Shown piece after piece: positions 61,619-64,000 of a stretch of 64,000 nt of DNA (positions are counted from its first letter, which is position 1; each line of letters begins with the position of its first letter). Position numbers and translations under genes: made by a program. The notes under the pieces are model-generated. The model ran no database searches. It worked only from the letters and a program-made list of their open reading frames with translations, and had not been told where the DNA came from. The DNA is from Candidatus Eiseniibacteriota bacterium (GTDB lineage Bacteria > Eisenbacteria > RBG-16-71-46 > SZUA-252): NCBI GenBank assembly GCA_963703225.1, contig OY969801.1, forward strand, positions 896,001 to 960,000. Direction: 5' to 3'.

Positions 61619-62269
61619 TCACCACTTCGCGATCCAGTCGGCGACAGCCTTGAAATCGGAAGGCATCAGGGAGTGGTCGGCGTCCGACCATCGCAGGTCG
61701 ACGGCAGCCCCCGCGCGCGTGAGGCGGTCGGCCAGCGCCTCGACCCGATCGTGCTCGGCGTAGGGGTCGCGGCGGCCCGCGGCGATCAGCACCTGCTTCT
61801 TCGAGAGGTCGGGAAGGCGCGGCGGCGTCGAGCGGCAGAATCGCGCGGAGCAAGGCAGCCCCAGCCAGCAGGGGGCCGTCGAGCAGAAGGAGCGCCGCGG
61901 CCATGTTGGCGCCGTTGGAATAGCCCAGGGCGCGCACGCGGGCGGGGTCAAATCCATAGTGCTCCGCGGCGGTCCGAACGAATTCCGCCCAGCTCGCCGG
62001 CCCGGCGAATCAGATCCACTTCATCGAATACGCCCACCGACAGCCGCCGGAAAAACCGGGGCATTCCCGTGTTCGAGAACTTGCCCGCGGGGCGAGAGCA
62101 AGTTGGCCCGGGGTGCGAGCTGCTTCCCCAACGGGACCAGGTCCTCCTCATCCCCTCCGGTTCCGTGCAATAGCAGGAGTGTGTCTCCGCTCGTCCCGGT
62201 CTCGTATCGGTGGATGAAGCCGAGATCGTCCTTCGCGCCGGATTTCGTGGTGGCGCCGCCGTTCGTCAT
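61619..62269 (-). CDS. alpha/beta hydrolase (MhqD/YdfP-like carboxylesterase), frameshifted
   Basis: [34 protein letters not shown]. Confidence 0.85.
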
Positions 62270-63237
62270 CGGCCCTTCGCTGGTTCCGTGGCGTGGGGAG
62301 CCTTCAGCGGGGGCAACGCCGCTTCGATCTCCGAGCGCCGCGGCTCGAGCCAGGGCGGCAGGACAAGTGACTCGCCGAGGTGCGCCGGATCCTCGTCGAC
62401 GCCGAACCCCGGACCCTCGGTCGCGAGCTCGAAGAGGACGCCGCCAGGCTCCGTGAAGTAAACCGACTTGAACCAGAATCGGTCGATCACCGGGGTGGGC
62501 CGGCGCGCCGCGGCCTCCACGCGCTGCCGCATGGCCGCCTGATGCGCCTCGTCGTCCACACGCCACGCCAGATGGTGGATCGACCCGATGCCCCAGAAGC
62601 CGCGCGGCGCGTCGGGGGCCTCCGCGAGATCGACGAACGATCCGGAGCCTCCGTCGGCCAGGGCATATCGATGCCATCCTCCTTCGCTTCCGACGTGGTG
62701 GAATCCCATGACCTCGGTGAGGAAGGCCGTCGTGGGCCCTAGGTTCCGCTCCCGCAAACGGGCTCCATGGAGCCCCCGGACCTGCCGCTCCGCCGGCACG
62801 GGGCTCGAATCCCATGGCGTGAACGATCGACCCGGTGTGGGTCCGGTCTCAACCAAGGCGACCTCGAGCCCGTGCGGATCGGCGAAATGGAGCGCGTTCT
62901 CACCGAATCGGGCCATGGGGCCGCCGACGCCCGTACCGTAGTGTTCCAGGCGCGCGCTCCACCAAGCGAGGCTGCCTGCAGGAACCGCGAGGGCGACCTC
63001 GCTGGCGAGACCGTGGCCCGGTCGCGCCGGCGCCGCCTGGTGCCACGGGAAGAAGGTGAGGTCGGTGCCGGGATGTCCCTCGGCATCGGCGTAAAAGAGG
63101 TGGTAGGTGCCCGTGTCGTCCTGATTGACGCTCTTCTTGACGAGCTTCATGCCAAGGAGGCCGGCGTAGAAATCGAGATTCTCCTGCGCGGGGCCCGCGA
63201 TCGCGGTGACGTGGTGGAGCCCGGTGACGCTTTTCAT
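62266..63237 (-). CDS. ring-cleaving dioxygenase (MhqO-like VOC family)
   Basis: [61 protein letters not shown]. Confidence 0.92.
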   Translation of the reverse strand: MKSVTGLHHVTAIAGPAQENLDFYAGLLGMKLVKKSVNQDDTGTYHLFYADAEGHPGTDLTFFPWHQAAPARPGHGLASEVALAVPAGSLAWWSARLEHYGTGVGGPMARFGENALHFADPHGLEVALVETGPTPGRSFTPWDSSPVPAERQVRGLHGARLRERNLGPTTAFLTEVMGFHHVGSEGGWHRYALADGGSGSFVDLAEAPDAPRGFWGIGSIHHLAWRVDDEAHQAAMRQRVEAAARRPTPVIDRFWFKSVYFTEPGGVLFELATEGPGFGVDEDPAHLGESLVLPPWLEPRRSEIEAALPPLKAPHATEPAKGR

Positions 63238-63347
63238 CGTTCAAACCTCCTCGGGCCGGGGAGTCGCAGCCGGCCAGTTTTCATTAGATGCTCCGGGGTG
63301 CGATCGGGAGTCAATCGGCCCCGGGCGGGCTCCAAGGGCCCCGACCC

Positions 63348-64000
63348 TCACTCGGCGCGGAACCGGTAGCCCACGCCCGGCTCCGTGATCAGAAGCCGCG
63401 GCCGAGCGGGGTTTGCCTCGATCTTGTGCCTTAGCTGCGCCATGTAGACCCGCAGGTAGTGATGCTGGGTAGTGTACCCCGGCCCCCAGACCTCCCGGAG
63501 CAGGAAGTCATGGGTGAGCACCTTGCCCGCGTACCGAGCCAGGGTCGAGAGGAGGCGGTATTCGATCGGGGTGAGGCGGACCTCCGCACCCTTCAAAGAC
63601 ACCACCCGCCGCGCCAGATCGACCCGGAGCCCGCCCGTCTCCACGCTGCTCAGCTCCTCGCCGGTCTGGACGCGCGCGCGGTGTCGGAGAGCGACGCGCA
63701 TGCGCGCGAGAAGCTCCCCCATGGAAAAGGGCTTGGTCACGTAGTCGTCGGCGCCGAGGTCGAGCGCTTGGATCTTGTCGCGCTCCTGCCCCCGAGCCGA
63801 AAGGACAACGATCGGCGTGGCCGACCAGCCGCGCAGCTCCTTCACGATTTCAAGGCCATCCATGTCGGGAAGCCCGAGGTCGAGGAGCACAAGATCGGGG
63901 GACCGGGTCGAGGCCTGGGCTAGGCCGTCTTTGCCCGTGGCCGATTCCACCAAACGAAATCCATGGCTCTCCAGGCCGGTCCGCAGAAATTTTCGGATGG
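63348..64000 (-). CDS. kdpE: KdpE-like OmpR family response regulator (5' end outside window)
   Basis: LDLGLPDMDG, LSAR, ALDLGADDYVTKPF, LTPIEY, VWGP, YLRVYMAQLR.KIE..P, TEPGVGYR. Confidence 0.88.
   Translation of the reverse strand, partial: IRKFLRTGLESHGFRLVESATGKDGLAQASTRSPDLVLLDLGLPDMDGLEIVKELRGWSATPIVVLSARGQERDKIQALDLGADDYVTKPFSMGELLARMRVALRHRARVQTGEELSSVETGGLRVDLARRVVSLKGAEVRLTPIEYRLLSTLARYAGKVLTHDFLLREVWGPGYTTQHHYLRVYMAQLRHKIEANPARPRLLITEPGVGYRFRAE

Overview
High-GC bacterial chromosomal window made up mostly of core genes. The gene style (FlgD-Ig lipoprotein, small outer-membrane barrels, N-terminal-only GlmU) suggests an FCB-affiliated lineage such as Ca. Eisenbacteria; this is inference only. 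Many conserved genes carry 1-nt indels, densest in clpP-clpX-lon, which I read as uncorrected long-read errors rather than pseudogenes. Gene order: dapL-like/folB/folK/dNK/panBC/glmU-N/HIT/LytR-C/tatA; a SurA/PpiD-like PPIase; a histidine kinase and sigma54 activator followed by a sigma54 promoter, a receiver-only protein and an unannotated 15-aa Lys/Ala micropeptide; an A/T-richer islet (DUF4239 protein plus a wHTH-nucleotidyltransferase pair with a perfect operator palindrome); uvrA; ffh-rpsP-KH-rimM-trmD-rplS-rnhB-yraN; a B12 acyl-CoA mutase region with an ICM-type and an MCM-type large subunit but only one B12-binding subunit, plus meaB, cobO, scoAB, acyl-CoA dehydrogenases, thiolase, hbd, mce, pcc and etfAB; yitJ; tRNA-Leu(TAG)-tig-clpP-clpX-lon; class V aminotransferase-serA; a stand-alone structured sRNA/micro-ORF; purA with a terminator in its leader; a membrane pyrophosphatase; mhqO/mhqD-like genes; and a partial kdpE. 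The best novelty candidates are the sigma54-controlled polycationic micropeptide, two tiny units with 15-nt complementarity to the 16S 3' end set against several leaderless genes, the wHTH-NTase module, and the two mutase large subunits apparently sharing one small subunit.
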